A DNA stretch of 64,000 nucleotides from Gammaproteobacteria bacterium (GCA_026196275.1 JAPHTQ010000009.1:6092-70091), one strand, 5' to 3'; numbered from the stretch's first letter, positions 41,790 through 51,730 are shown. Numbers and translations are program-made. Notes: a model not told the origin generated them from the sequence alone.

Positions 41790-42806
41790 TCAGTCGGTCT
41801 CGGCCTTTTGCTCGCGGTGCAGTAGTGCCGCCACCGCTTCGCGGGCGGTCTCCCCTTCGTAGAGTACGCGATAGACCTGTTCGGTGATCGGCATCTCTAC
41901 GCCGATCTCCCGGGCCAGGGCGAAGACCTCCGGGGCGCTCTTCACCCCCTCCACTGCCTGGCCGATGGAGGCGATGGCCTCCTCCAGGCTTTTGCCCTGC
42001 CCCAGCGCCAGACCGACACGGCGGTTGCGCGATTGATCATCGGTGCAGGTCAGCACCAGATCGCCCAGCCCCGCCAATCCCATGAAGGTCTCTGGGTGGC
42101 CGCCGAGGGGGGCACCGAGGCGCATCAATTCAGCCAGACCGCGGGTGATCAGCGCGGCGCGTGTGTTGGCGCCGTAGCCCAGGCCATCGGCGATCCCGGC
42201 GGCGATGGCCAGTACGTTCTTGCAGGCACCGCCCAGTTCCACCCCGACGACATCGCTGGCGGTATAGGCGCGGAAGGTGCCGCCGTGCAGGCAGGCGGCG
42301 AAGTGCTCTGCGGTGTGCGGATCGGTGGAGGCGACGGTCACGGCGGTGGGCAGGCCGCGGGCGACCTCTTTGGCGAAGGTGGGGCCGGAGATCACCGCTG
42401 CGGGGTACCCCTCCCCGAGGGTTTCACGGGCAACCTGATGCAGCAGTTTGCGGCTGCCCGGCTCCAGCCCCTTGGTGGCCCAGGCAACACGACTGCCGGG
42501 CTTGAGCAGCGGGGCGATCTGCGTCAGGGTCTGACGAAAGGCGTGACTGGGTACCACCACCAGCACATCGGCGGCGGTGGCGAGCGTTTGCGCAAGGTCG
42601 GCCACCGGGGAGAGTTTTTCGGGCAGGCCAATGTCAGGGAGATAGCGCGTATTGCAGCGGTCTGCGGCCATCCTTGCCATTTCGTCTGCATTTCTGCCCC
42701 ACAGCAAGACCTCTATCCCGTTGCGGGCGAGCTGGATCGCCAGTGCGGTGCCCCACGAGCCGGCGCCGAGCACGGCAATGGGATCCGGGCAGTTCGAGTG
42801 CGCCAT
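41790..42806 (-). CDS. gpsA: NAD(P)H-dependent glycerol-3-phosphate dehydrogenase
   Basis: 338 aa with Rossmann motif VLGAGSWGTALA and conserved GAxKN. Confidence 0.95.
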   Translation of the reverse strand: MAHSNCPDPIAVLGAGSWGTALAIQLARNGIEVLLWGRNADEMARMAADRCNTRYLPDIGLPEKLSPVADLAQTLATAADVLVVVPSHAFRQTLTQIAPLLKPGSRVAWATKGLEPGSRKLLHQVARETLGEGYPAAVISGPTFAKEVARGLPTAVTVASTDPHTAEHFAACLHGGTFRAYTASDVVGVELGGACKNVLAIAAGIADGLGYGANTRAALITRGLAELMRLGAPLGGHPETFMGLAGLGDLVLTCTDDQSRNRRVGLALGQGKSLEEAIASIGQAVEGVKSAPEVFALAREIGVEMPITEQVYRVLYEGETAREAVAALLHREQKAETD

Positions 42807-42809
42807 GGT

Positions 42810-43313
42810 CTAGTGAACCGGCTCCTCTGGTGTCTCGCCGGCCTGCTGTTGTTGCTGTTGCAGGTGCTGACTGTAGAGGAGATCGAAATTGATCGGCTGC
42901 AGCAGCATCTGCGGGAAACTGCCCTTGGCCACCAGGTCGGAGATCACCTCGCGGACATAGGGAAACAGCAGATTGGGGCAGTAGCTGTGGATCATGCCGC
43001 CCATATCCTGCTCGCTGAAACCGCTGAGTACGAAGATACCGGCCTGTTGCACTTCGGCCAGGTAGGCGGTCTTGTCGCCGAGTTTGGCGGTGACGGTGAC
43101 AGAGAGGGTCACCTCGTAGACCCCCTCGGCCACCGTGTTGCCGGTGGAGTTGAGCTCCACGTTCACCTGTGGCTCCCACTTTTCAGTGAAAATGGCCGGG
43201 GAGTTCGGGGTCTCGAAGGAGATGTCCTTGGTGTAGATGCGCTGGATGGCGAATTGCGGGCCATCGCCCTGCTGGGTGTTCTGTTGGGCGTTTTCGTTCT
43301 CGTTCTCGCTCAT
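42810..43313 (-). CDS. secB: Protein-export chaperone SecB
   Basis: 167 aa. FAIQRIYTKDISFETPNSP is the canonical SecB N-terminal region. Confidence 0.93.
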   Translation of the reverse strand: MSENENENAQQNTQQGDGPQFAIQRIYTKDISFETPNSPAIFTEKWEPQVNVELNSTGNTVAEGVYEVTLSVTVTAKLGDKTAYLAEVQQAGIFVLSGFSEQDMGGMIHSYCPNLLFPYVREVISDLVAKGSFPQMLLQPINFDLLYSQHLQQQQQQAGETPEEPVH

Positions 43314-43362
43314 GCTGGTTCCTGCGTTGTAAGTGGTGAAAGGCCTGGCTGAAGAGGTTTGG

Positions 43363-43797
43363 TCAAAGGTGTCGACGTGTCCAGGCCAGGAGGTTGTTCA
43401 GATCCATGGCGCCAGCGACACGGTCGATCTCCCGTCCGCCCTTGAACAGGGCCAGGGTGGGAATACTGCGGATACCGTACTGGCCGGCCAGTCCCTGCTC
43501 CTGCTCGGTGTTGACCTTGGCCAGCCGGACCTGTGGCTCGAGGCCGACCGCCGCCTGGACAAAGACCGGCGCCATCATCTTGCACGGGCCGCACCAGGGC
43601 GCCCAGAAATCGACCAGTACCGGGATATCGCTGCGACCTATATGGCGGCTGAAGCTCTCCTGGGTCAGCTCCACCGGCTGGCCATCGAACAGCGGCTGTT
43701 TACAGCGACCACACCGGGCGCCCGCAGCGAGTTTCGCCTGAGGCACGCGATTGACGCTGTGGCAGTGGGGACAGACGATGTGCAGCGCGTCGTTCAT
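43363..43797 (-). CDS. trxC: Thioredoxin 2 (zinc-finger N-terminal extension)
   Basis: CPHC...CGRC zinc motif followed by WAPWCGPCK. Confidence 0.9.
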   Translation of the reverse strand: MNDALHIVCPHCHSVNRVPQAKLAAGARCGRCKQPLFDGQPVELTQESFSRHIGRSDIPVLVDFWAPWCGPCKMMAPVFVQAAVGLEPQVRLAKVNTEQEQGLAGQYGIRSIPTLALFKGGREIDRVAGAMDLNNLLAWTRRHL

Positions 43798-43814
43798 GGC
43801 CGTGCCTGCGGGGT

Positions 43815-44072
43815 TCAGAGGCCGAGACGTTTGTCCAGCTCACCGTCGATATCCAGCTCGGAGAGCTCATCGAAGCCGCCGACGTGGTAGTCATCGATGA
43901 AGATCTGCGGTACCGAGGTGCGGCCATCGGCCTTCTCTTCCATCTCCGGGCGCAGATCGGGCTGGTTGTCGATGCGAATATCGGTGTATTCCACGCCTTT
44001 TTTGTCCAGCAGGCTGCGTGCGCGGACGCAGAAGGGGCAGGAGGCGGTGGTGTACATGACGACGTTTGGCAT
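43815..44072 (-). CDS. grxC: Glutaredoxin 3
   Basis: 85 aa with CPFC active site and TVPQIFI. Confidence 0.92.
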   Translation of the reverse strand: MPNVVMYTTASCPFCVRARSLLDKKGVEYTDIRIDNQPDLRPEMEEKADGRTSVPQIFIDDYHVGGFDELSELDIDGELDKRLGL

Positions 44073-44082
44073 AGTAAGGATC

Positions 44083-44529
44083 CTATTTACGTTTTTTCTT
44101 TTTGGCCTGGGTTTGCAGAGGCAGGTCGGCGTTTTGCCATGCCATCACTCCGCCCTTGAGATTGTAGACTTTCCCAAAGCCGCGCTTGCGCAGTTTTGCG
44201 CAGGCGCTGGCAGAGCGATGGCCGCTGCGGCAACCTACTATGATCGGCTTTTCGCGAAACTTTTCAAGTTCATCCATTCGTTCGCCCAGTTTGCCCAGCG
44301 GAATATGCAGTGAATCGAGGATATGGCCGTCCTTGTATTCGTTATCCTCGCGAACATCCAGCAGGAGCGCGCCTTCATGGTTAATGATCTGCACCGACTC
44401 GGTCGGTCCGACCTCCTTGTAGCCGCGCAGGCGACTGCCGAGCCCGCCGCTGAACATCATGAACAGGATGATGGCCAGGGCCAGAAACAGATCCCAGTGG
44501 TTGGTAGCAAACTCGATAAATTGTGACAT
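44083..44529 (-). CDS. Membrane-anchored rhodanese-domain protein (YibN-like)
   Basis: N-terminal TM (WDLFLALAIILFMMF) and a rhodanese active-site loop CRSGHRS. Confidence 0.85.
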   Translation of the reverse strand: MSQFIEFATNHWDLFLALAIILFMMFSGGLGSRLRGYKEVGPTESVQIINHEGALLLDVREDNEYKDGHILDSLHIPLGKLGERMDELEKFREKPIIVGCRSGHRSASACAKLRKRGFGKVYNLKGGVMAWQNADLPLQTQAKKKKRK

Positions 44530-44608
44530 ATCCGGTTACAGGCAGAATGAGTGGGGATGTACCACCGGCGGCGGATGAGGCATGCCGCCGGTGAGTGGGA
44601 GCGGATGT

Positions 44609-44926
44609 TTACTCCATACTGCAGAAGACGTTACGCATCATGCTGATAAGCTGCAGGGTGCGCGCATCCACGACCTTGTAGAAGACGCGGTTGGCGTCCT
44701 TGCGGGAGGAGAGGATACCCTTGTCACGAAGAATGGCAAGGTGTTGTGAGATATTGCTCTGCGAGGTGCCGACGCGATCGACGATGTCCTGTACGCTGAC
44801 CTCCTGGTCGCCCAGGGTGCAGAGTATTTTCAGGCGCAGCGGATGCGACATGGCCTTCAGGGAGCGCGAGGCCCGTTCGATATCCTCATCCCTGGTAATC
44901 AATGTCATATCTTTATCTTCTGACAT
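44609..44926 (-). CDS. ArsR/SmtB-family transcriptional regulator (SqrR/BigR-like Cys pair)
   Basis: 105 aa with an HTH region (VSVQDIVDRVGTSQSNISQHLAILR). Cys36 and Cys102 are the only cysteines. Confidence 0.8.
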   Translation of the reverse strand: MSEDKDMTLITRDEDIERASRSLKAMSHPLRLKILCTLGDQEVSVQDIVDRVGTSQSNISQHLAILRDKGILSSRKDANRVFYKVVDARTLQLISMMRNVFCSME

Positions 44927-45240
44927 GTTTTAATGATCCTAATAATGTCGAAATGGGGCAGTGGCAACGGGCAAGTGATGCTGCTGCTGGCCGGACGGCT
45001 GCCAATATCAGCAAAACAATATACAATAATGCAGCTCTTGAGAAGAGCTTTGTCTGAATCAGGGATATTTTTGACGGGTTGTGACAAAACCGCCGAATGG
45101 TTTGATTTGCTCTGCCCCTGCCGCAATATTCTACACAGGCTGATGCCTCTTTGGGGGGCTCTGAAAGTATCGCCAAGCATGTAACAGTGCTCTAGAATAA
45201 CCCAGAATTGAAACCATAACAGACCGGATTGATTTGATAT

Positions 45241-46809
45241 ATGTCCTCTGCCGAGCGTCACCGCCCCCTCCTGCTGACCGTGCTGGACGGCTGGGGCTAC
45301 AGCGAAAGCGATCACTACAACGCCATAAAAAGCGCCCGCACCCCGGTCTGGGACCGGTTGTGGAGTGAATACTCACATACCTTGTTACGCTGTTCTGGCG
45401 CAGAGGTTGGTCTGCCCAGTGGCCAGATGGGCAACTCCGAGGTGGGACACCTCAATCTTGGTGCCGGGCGCGTGGTCTATCAGGAGTTCACCCGGGTCAG
45501 CCGCGCCATTAAAACCGGCTCCTTTTTCAGCAACGCCACCCTGACCGAGGCGGTGGACAAGGCGATCGCCGATGACAAGGCGGTACATATCCTGGGCCTG
45601 CTCTCCCCCGGCGGCGTGCACAGCCACGAGGAGCATATCCACGCCATGGCACGTCTGGCGCTGGAGCGCGGCGCGAAGGGAGTCTATCTGCACGCCTTTC
45701 TCGATGGTCGTGACACGCCACCGAAGAGTGCCGCCGAGTCGATTCAGGCCATGGAGAATATCTTTGCCGAGCTGGGGGGCGGCCGTATCGCCTCCATTAT
45801 CGGCCGTTTCTACGCCATGGATCGCGACCACCGCTGGCCGCGCATCCAGGCCGCCTACGATCTGATCACCGGCTGCAACAGCGACTATGTGGCGCCCGAC
45901 GCCATGAGTGGCCTGGAGATGGCTTACGAGCGGGGCGAAAGTGATGAGTTCGTCAAGGCCACGCTGATCCGTCCCGAGGGGGGCGAAAAAGTCTGTGTCG
46001 AAGACGGCGATGTGGTGATCTTCATGAACTATCGCTCGGACCGGGCGCGCCAGATCACCCGTCCCTTCGTCGAGGAGGGGTTCGACAGTTTCGAGCGGGC
46101 CAACAAGCCCGAGCTGGGCATGTTCGTCAGCCTTACCGAATACAGTGCCGACTACACTATCCCGGTCGCCTTCCCGCCGGAGCGGCTGGTTAACGTCTTC
46201 GGCGCGGTGCTCGCCAACCTCGGCATGCATCAGCTGCGCATCGCCGAGACCGAAAAGTACGCCCACGTTACCTTCTTTTTCAACGGTGGCCGCGAGGAGC
46301 CGTTTGAGGGTGAGGATCGCATCCTGGTGCCCTCCCCCCAGGTTTCGACCTACGATCAGCAGCCGGAGATGAACGCCGGGGAGGTCACCGACAAGCTGAT
46401 CGAGGCGATCGAAAGCGACAGGTACGATGTCATTATCTGTAACTACGCCAACCCGGACATGGTCGGTCACAGCGGCGACTTCGACGCCACGGTCAAGGCG
46501 ATCGAAACCCTCGACCGCTGTCTCGAACGCCTGGTCAAGGCGATGGTGAAGAAGGACGGTGAGATGCTGATCACCGCCGATCACGGCAATGCCGAGCAGA
46601 TGCGTGGCGAGGATACCGGCCAGGCCCACACCGCCCACACCTCCAACCCGGTACCCTTTATCTATGTGGGTGAGCGGGAGTTCACCCTGGAAGATTCGGG
46701 CACCCTGGCCGATGTAGCCCCCACCATGCTGTTCCTGCTCGGGCTCAAGCAGCCTAACGAGATGAATGGCCACAGCATTATCCACCCCTGCGACGAGGAG
46801 GAGGAGTGA
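45241..46809 (+). CDS. gpmI: 2,3-bisphosphoglycerate-independent phosphoglycerate mutase
   Basis: 522 aa containing [17 protein letters not shown] and TADHGNAE. Confidence 0.96.
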   Translation: MSSAERHRPLLLTVLDGWGYSESDHYNAIKSARTPVWDRLWSEYSHTLLRCSGAEVGLPSGQMGNSEVGHLNLGAGRVVYQEFTRVSRAIKTGSFFSNATLTEAVDKAIADDKAVHILGLLSPGGVHSHEEHIHAMARLALERGAKGVYLHAFLDGRDTPPKSAAESIQAMENIFAELGGGRIASIIGRFYAMDRDHRWPRIQAAYDLITGCNSDYVAPDAMSGLEMAYERGESDEFVKATLIRPEGGEKVCVEDGDVVIFMNYRSDRARQITRPFVEEGFDSFERANKPELGMFVSLTEYSADYTIPVAFPPERLVNVFGAVLANLGMHQLRIAETEKYAHVTFFFNGGREEPFEGEDRILVPSPQVSTYDQQPEMNAGEVTDKLIEAIESDRYDVIICNYANPDMVGHSGDFDATVKAIETLDRCLERLVKAMVKKDGEMLITADHGNAEQMRGEDTGQAHTAHTSNPVPFIYVGEREFTLEDSGTLADVAPTMLFLLGLKQPNEMNGHSIIHPCDEEEE

Positions 46810-46839
46810 TTTGATGGCGGCGCTGTTCGGGAGCGCGCA

Positions 46840-47985
46840 GTGAGTCGCCCCCGGCTTCTGCCGCTGCTGCTGGTGCTGCTGCTGGGTGTCTCGCCGCTGG
46901 ATGCCTCTGAACGTCAGGCCAAGGAGGCCGAACTCAAACAGCTGCGTGAGCGCATCACCGCCCTGCAGCAGCGGCTGCAAAAGGCGCGTGGCCAGCATGA
47001 TGCGCTGCGCAATGAACTGCGCACCACGGAGCGGCGCATCGGTGAGTTGAACCGCAATATTCGCCGGCTGGACCAGGATCTGGCAGAGCGCCGGCGGCGA
47101 CAGGAAAAACTGGAGGGGGAAGAGCGCTCGCTGCAGGAGACGGTGTCCGCGCAGCGCGACTACCTGGCCGCCCAGGTGCGGGCCGCCTACGCCATGGGCC
47201 GCCAGGAGTACCTGAAGATCCTGCTCAATCAACAGAGCCCCTCCACGGTCGGACGCGTGGTCACCTACTATGATTACCTGAACCAGGCGCGCAGCGAACG
47301 CATAACCCACCTCAGCGTCACTATCAACGAACTGGAACGGGTACAACGTGAGCTGGGGGCCGAGGCCGAGCGGCTGCGTACGCTGCGCGAGCAGCGCGCT
47401 GGCGAGAAGAGTGCGCTGGAACAGGGCCGCCTTGAACGGGAGGAGCTGGTGCGACGGCTCAAGGCCGAGATTGAAAGCGAGGATCAGCGCCTCACCGGCA
47501 TGCGCCGGGATGAGGAGCAGTTAAAGGAGCTCATTCGCGCCCTGGCCGATGCATTGTCGGATATTCCTGCCGAAGCAGGGAACCGAAAGCCCTTCGCCAG
47601 CCTCAAAGGTAAGATGCAGTGGCCCGCCAGCGGCCCGTTGCTGGTCAGTTACGGCAGCCCGCGCAAACTGGGCAAGTTGCGCTGGAGCGGGGTGATGATC
47701 GGTGCGCAACAGGGCCAGGAGGTGAGGACCATCTCCCACGGCCGGGTCGCCTTTGCCGACTGGCTGCGCGGCTACGGCTTGCTGATGATCATTGACCATG
47801 GCGACGGTTACATGAGTCTCTATGGCCACAACCAGAGTCTCTACAAGGAGACGGGTGACTGGGTGGAGGCCGGCGAGACGATCGCCAGCGTCGGCGACAG
47901 TGGGGGGCTGGACAGGGTGGGCCTCTATTTCGAGATCCGCAAGAACGGCCGGCCCACCGATCCGGTTCGCTGGTGTCGCCGTTAA
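46840..47985 (+). CDS. envC: Murein hydrolase activator EnvC-like (coiled coil plus M23/LytM domain)
   Basis: Signal peptide, long coiled-coil region and a C-terminal LytM domain (GLLMIIDHGDGYMSLYGHN). Confidence 0.85.
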   Translation: MSRPRLLPLLLVLLLGVSPLDASERQAKEAELKQLRERITALQQRLQKARGQHDALRNELRTTERRIGELNRNIRRLDQDLAERRRRQEKLEGEERSLQETVSAQRDYLAAQVRAAYAMGRQEYLKILLNQQSPSTVGRVVTYYDYLNQARSERITHLSVTINELERVQRELGAEAERLRTLREQRAGEKSALEQGRLEREELVRRLKAEIESEDQRLTGMRRDEEQLKELIRALADALSDIPAEAGNRKPFASLKGKMQWPASGPLLVSYGSPRKLGKLRWSGVMIGAQQGQEVRTISHGRVAFADWLRGYGLLMIIDHGDGYMSLYGHNQSLYKETGDWVEAGETIASVGDSGGLDRVGLYFEIRKNGRPTDPVRWCRR

Positions 47986-48103
47986 AGGGGCTGGGCGAAA
48001 TAATATTTACATTCGGGTTAAGATTGGGCTGTCTCCATCTACGACAACGATTAACAGGACGAGCCGGTATGACGGATGCAGTGGCTTGTCCCGGGAGTAC
48101 TAC

Positions 48104-49432
48104 ATGAAGTCATCTGCACGAGTTTCACTGGTCCTGGTCATTGGCATGGCGCTGGGTATCACGCTCAGTGTCGGCACCAGTGTGCTGGCCGAGCGTCAGC
48201 AAGAGAACAGCGCAGGCAGTACCCTGCCACTGGACGAATTGCGCGGTCTGAGCGAGGTCTTCGGCCGGGTCAAGGCCGATTATGTCGAGGACGTGGATGA
48301 CAAGACCCTGATTGAGGGGGCCATCCGTGGCATGCTCTCCAGCCTCGATCCCCACTCCGCCTACCTCGATCGGGAGGAGTTCAGGGAGCTGCAGGTGGGG
48401 ACCAGCGGCAAGTTCGGCGGTCTCGGTATCGAGGTGACCATGGAGGATGGCTTCGTCAAGGTGGTCGCACCCATTGATGATACCCCTGCGATGCGTGCCG
48501 GTGTCATGGCCGGTGATCTGGTGGTCCGCCTCGACGACACCCCGGTCAAGGGGATGAGCCTGAATGAGGCGGTGAGTATGATGCGCGGTGAACCGGGCAC
48601 CGACATCACCCTGACCATCGTCCGTGATGGAACCCAGAAACCGCTGGTGATCACCATTACCCGTGACATTATCAAGGTACAGAGCGTCAAGAGCCGCCTG
48701 CTGGACAAGGGCTTTGGTTACCTGCGCATCACCAATTTCCAGTCCAATACCGGGGAGGATGTGCACAAGGCGGTCCGTGAGCTGAAAAAGGAGAACGAGG
48801 GTGCACTCACCGGTATGGTGCTCGACCTGCGCAACAATCCCGGTGGGGTGCTGGGTGCGGCGGTCAGTGTCTCGGATGCCTTCCTGCGCAAGGGCAAGGT
48901 GGTCTACACCGAGGGCCGGGCGCAGGATGCCAAGCTCGATTTCAATGCCACGCCGGATGACATCCTTGACGGCGCGCCGCTGGTGGTGTTGATCAATGGC
49001 GGTTCGGCCTCCGCCTCGGAGATCGTTGCCGGTGCCCTGCAGGATCACAAGCGCGCCATCATTATGGGCACGCGCAGCTTCGGCAAGGGCTCGGTACAGA
49101 CCATCTTCCCCATGAGTAACAACAGCGCGGTCAAAATCACCACCGCCCGCTATTTTACCCCCTCAGGCCGTTCCATCCAGGCCGAGGGCATCGAGCCGGA
49201 TATCAAGACCGAGGCGATGAAAGTGGCACGAGTGGAGGATAACGGGGTACAACTGCTGCGGGAGGCGGACCTCAGTCGCCACCTGAGTAACGGCAACGGC
49301 GACAAACCGGTCAAGGAGCAGAGCAAGGGCGATGAAGAGGAGAAGTCGCTGGCCGACAGCGACTACGTCCTGCATGAGGCGCTCAACCTGCTCAAGGGCC
49401 TGAGCATCCTGCAAAGCCGTAGCGGTGAGTAA
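48104..49432 (+). CDS. ctpA: Carboxy-terminal processing protease (S41 family)
   Basis: Start set at MKSSARVSLVLVIG (ATG 48104). PDZ domain, GGSASASEIVAGALQD catalytic Ser motif and a K in FGKGSVQT. Confidence 0.9.
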   Translation: MKSSARVSLVLVIGMALGITLSVGTSVLAERQQENSAGSTLPLDELRGLSEVFGRVKADYVEDVDDKTLIEGAIRGMLSSLDPHSAYLDREEFRELQVGTSGKFGGLGIEVTMEDGFVKVVAPIDDTPAMRAGVMAGDLVVRLDDTPVKGMSLNEAVSMMRGEPGTDITLTIVRDGTQKPLVITITRDIIKVQSVKSRLLDKGFGYLRITNFQSNTGEDVHKAVRELKKENEGALTGMVLDLRNNPGGVLGAAVSVSDAFLRKGKVVYTEGRAQDAKLDFNATPDDILDGAPLVVLINGGSASASEIVAGALQDHKRAIIMGTRSFGKGSVQTIFPMSNNSAVKITTARYFTPSGRSIQAEGIEPDIKTEAMKVARVEDNGVQLLREADLSRHLSNGNGDKPVKEQSKGDEEEKSLADSDYVLHEALNLLKGLSILQSRSGE

Positions 49433-50262
49433 TGAGCACCGGCCATCCATGGCGCAGGTTGCTGGTCGGTGTGTGCTGCGCGCTGGCGGTGACGGCGGCT
49501 GCGGCTGATGGCCAGCCGGCGTCGCCACCGGTTATCGCTCTGATCATCGATGATCTGGGGGATCGGCTCGATGCCGGCTCCCGGGCCATCGAGCTGCCCG
49601 GCCAGCTGACCTACGCGATCCTGCCCCGAACCCCCTACAGTCGCCGTCTGGCGGAGCTGGCTCACGGCGCTGGCAAGGAGGTGATGCTGCACCAGCCGAT
49701 GCAGGCGATCAACGGCAGGGCGATGGGCCCGGGCGGCATGGATATGGTGATGAGCCAACGTGCCCTGCTCGATACCCTGGAGGCGAACCTTGCCTCGGTG
49801 CCCCACGCACGTGGTGTCAACAACCACATGGGAAGCCTGCTGACACGCCACCCTGGTCACATGGGCTGGTTGATGGCGGCGCTGCGTGAGCGCGGCAACC
49901 TCTATTTTATCGACAGCACCACCACCAACAAGACGGTGGCACAGCAGATCGCGGTGGAGCATGAGTTACCGACGATGCGCCGTCAGGTGTTTCTCGACCA
50001 TCACCGGGAGGAGCGCCAGATCCTCAAACAGTTCGTGCGCTTGCTCCGGCTTGCACACAGCAATGGTTATGCACTGGGGATCGGTCATCCCTATCCTGAA
50101 ACCCTGGCGGTGCTGCAGAAGGTGTTGCCACACCTTGAGGGCTTTGGGGTGCGGCTGGTACCGGCCTCGGAGTTGATTACCCACAAAGAGAAGCGGAGGG
50201 AGCAACTATGGCACGCGTCCTTGTCCCCCTTGCCCAAGGGTGTGAAGAGCTTGAAGCGGTAA
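49432..50262 (+). CDS. Divergent polysaccharide deacetylase family protein (YibQ-like)
   Basis: 276 aa with a signal peptide. Conserved IALIIDDLG and GVNNHMGS. Confidence 0.8.
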   Translation: MSTGHPWRRLLVGVCCALAVTAAAADGQPASPPVIALIIDDLGDRLDAGSRAIELPGQLTYAILPRTPYSRRLAELAHGAGKEVMLHQPMQAINGRAMGPGGMDMVMSQRALLDTLEANLASVPHARGVNNHMGSLLTRHPGHMGWLMAALRERGNLYFIDSTTTNKTVAQQIAVEHELPTMRRQVFLDHHREERQILKQFVRLLRLAHSNGYALGIGHPYPETLAVLQKVLPHLEGFGVRLVPASELITHKEKRREQLWHASLSPLPKGVKSLKR

Positions 50263-50759
50263 CCATCATCGACCTGCTGGTGCGGGCCGGGGTGGAGGTG
50301 GTCACCGCTGGTCTGCAAGAGGGGCCGGTTACCGCCTCGCGCGGGGTGGTCCTGTTGCCCCAGACCACCCTCGATGAGGCCCTCAAACGTGACTACGACA
50401 TGGTGGTCCTGCCCGGCGGCATGCCCGGTGCCGAGCACCTGGATAACGACCCGCGTATTGCCGGGCTGCTGCGCAAGATGGCCGACAGCGGCAAGTTCAC
50501 CGCCGCGATCTGTGCCGCTCCCAGGGTGCTGGCCAACGCCGGTCTGCTGGCGGGCAAGAGAGCGACCAGCTATCCCGGCTTTGTCGACAAGATGAAGCTG
50601 CCCGATGTGGAGTACCTGCAGGATGCGGTGGTACAGGATGGCAAGGTGATCACCTCCCGCGGTCCCGGCACCGCGATGGACTTTGCCCTGACTCTCATCG
50701 AGCAGTTGGTTGGCCGGGAGAAACGTGACGAGGTCGAGGCGGGGCTGGTACGCTGTTGA
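50208..50759 (+). CDS. yajL: DJ-1/PfpI family protein (YajL-like)
   Basis: 183 aa with the nucleophile elbow AAICAAP. It overlaps the yibQ-like gene by 55 nt as drawn. Confidence 0.85.
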   Translation: MARVLVPLAQGCEELEAVTIIDLLVRAGVEVVTAGLQEGPVTASRGVVLLPQTTLDEALKRDYDMVVLPGGMPGAEHLDNDPRIAGLLRKMADSGKFTAAICAAPRVLANAGLLAGKRATSYPGFVDKMKLPDVEYLQDAVVQDGKVITSRGPGTAMDFALTLIEQLVGREKRDEVEAGLVRC

Positions 50760-50845
50760 AGGTAGTTTCAAGTTGCATGACACGCATTCATACAGCGCTG
50801 CATCCTGATATCCGATATGCGCAGATGCATCCCCACTTTTAACCT

Positions 50846-51730
50846 TCAACTTGTAACTTTGAACTGTTTTATGTCCTTCAGTCCGCTCTGCAGATCGGGG
50901 TAGCGCAGGGTAATGCCAAATTCGCGCAGCAGTTTGCTGTTGTCCATGCGCCGGGACTCGGTGAGATAGGAGAGCATCGCCGGACTGAGCTGTTCACGGG
51001 CTTCGTCCATCGGCAGGCTGGGAGGGCGCGGCAGTCCCAGGGCATCGGCCACCGCATAGAAGTACTGGGTCATGTTGCCGGGCTGGCCGTCGGTGACGTT
51101 ATAGATATTGTCGGCTTTCCCCTTCTCCGCTGCTGTCAGGCAGATATGGGCCAGGTCCTCGGCGTGAATGCGGTTGGTGTAGCCGCATTCGGCCTCGTTG
51201 AGTACCGGAAGCCCCCGCTGTAGCCGCTCCTCGGGGAGCCGGCCCGGCCCGTAGATCCCTCCGACACGCAGGATGACCACCGCCACGTTTTGCCCCCGGC
51301 CGAAACGGCGCAAGGCGGTTTCAGCAGCCACCCGGCGTCGGGCACGTGCGGTTTGTGGATTGGGATCGTCCTGCTCGGTGACCCACGCCCCGCCCGTGTC
51401 GCCGTAGACGCCGCTGGTGCTGATATAGATGATTCGGCGCGGCAGGTTCTGCGGGTTGATGGCGGTGAGCAGATTCTCCATCCGCGGATCCCCCTCGTGC
51501 TGTGGTGAGGGGGGTGCAAAGTAGTAGAGGGTGTGGCCGGCCAGCGGGAGACCGGTTAGCGTTTGCTGCCGATCCAGATCACCGAAGACGGTTTTTATCC
51601 CGAGACCTTGAAGACGTAGCGCGCTGGCCTCAGATCGAGCCAGTGCAGTGACGTTGACGCCCTGTTCAATCCATTTTCCCGCAACCAGGCGACCGATATT
51701 GCCACAGCCGATGATGAAGATATTCTGCAC
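50846..51730 (-). CDS. NAD-dependent epimerase/dehydratase (extended SDR) family protein
   Basis: Rossmann motif IIGCGNIGRLVA. 294 aa. Confidence 0.7.
   Translation of the reverse strand: MQNIFIIGCGNIGRLVAGKWIEQGVNVTALARSEASALRLQGLGIKTVFGDLDRQQTLTGLPLAGHTLYYFAPPSPQHEGDPRMENLLTAINPQNLPRRIIYISTSGVYGDTGGAWVTEQDDPNPQTARARRRVAAETALRRFGRGQNVAVVILRVGGIYGPGRLPEERLQRGLPVLNEAECGYTNRIHAEDLAHICLTAAEKGKADNIYNVTDGQPGNMTQYFYAVADALGLPRPPSLPMDEAREQLSPAMLSYLTESRRMDNSKLLREFGITLRYPDLQSGLKDIKQFKVTS

Noticed and set aside
40135-41794. The Fic cassette considered as a prophage remnant, integrative element or toxin-antitoxin pair.
   Set aside because: There is no integrase, phage gene or small partner ORF between the direct repeats. 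The autoinhibitory SSQLEG motif is within the same polypeptide (class II), so no separate antitoxin is expected. Only the flanking duplication is reported.
33614-41794. Recurrence of GGTTGTCAG / GTTGTCAG (33614, 34334, 40139 and 41786, with its reverse complement CTGACAAC at 2250) as a possible common recombination site.
   Set aside because: An 8-10-mer is expected about 0.1-2 times by chance in 64 kb on both strands. The enrichment is weak, and apart from the Fic-flanking pair no extended similarity surrounds the copies.
47822-48103. The N-terminal 94-aa extension of the ctpA ORF, which overlaps envC.
   Set aside because: The extension is Arg/Gly/Thr-rich with no signal peptide and overlaps the envC 3' end. 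A canonical signal peptide starts at the internal ATG at 48104.
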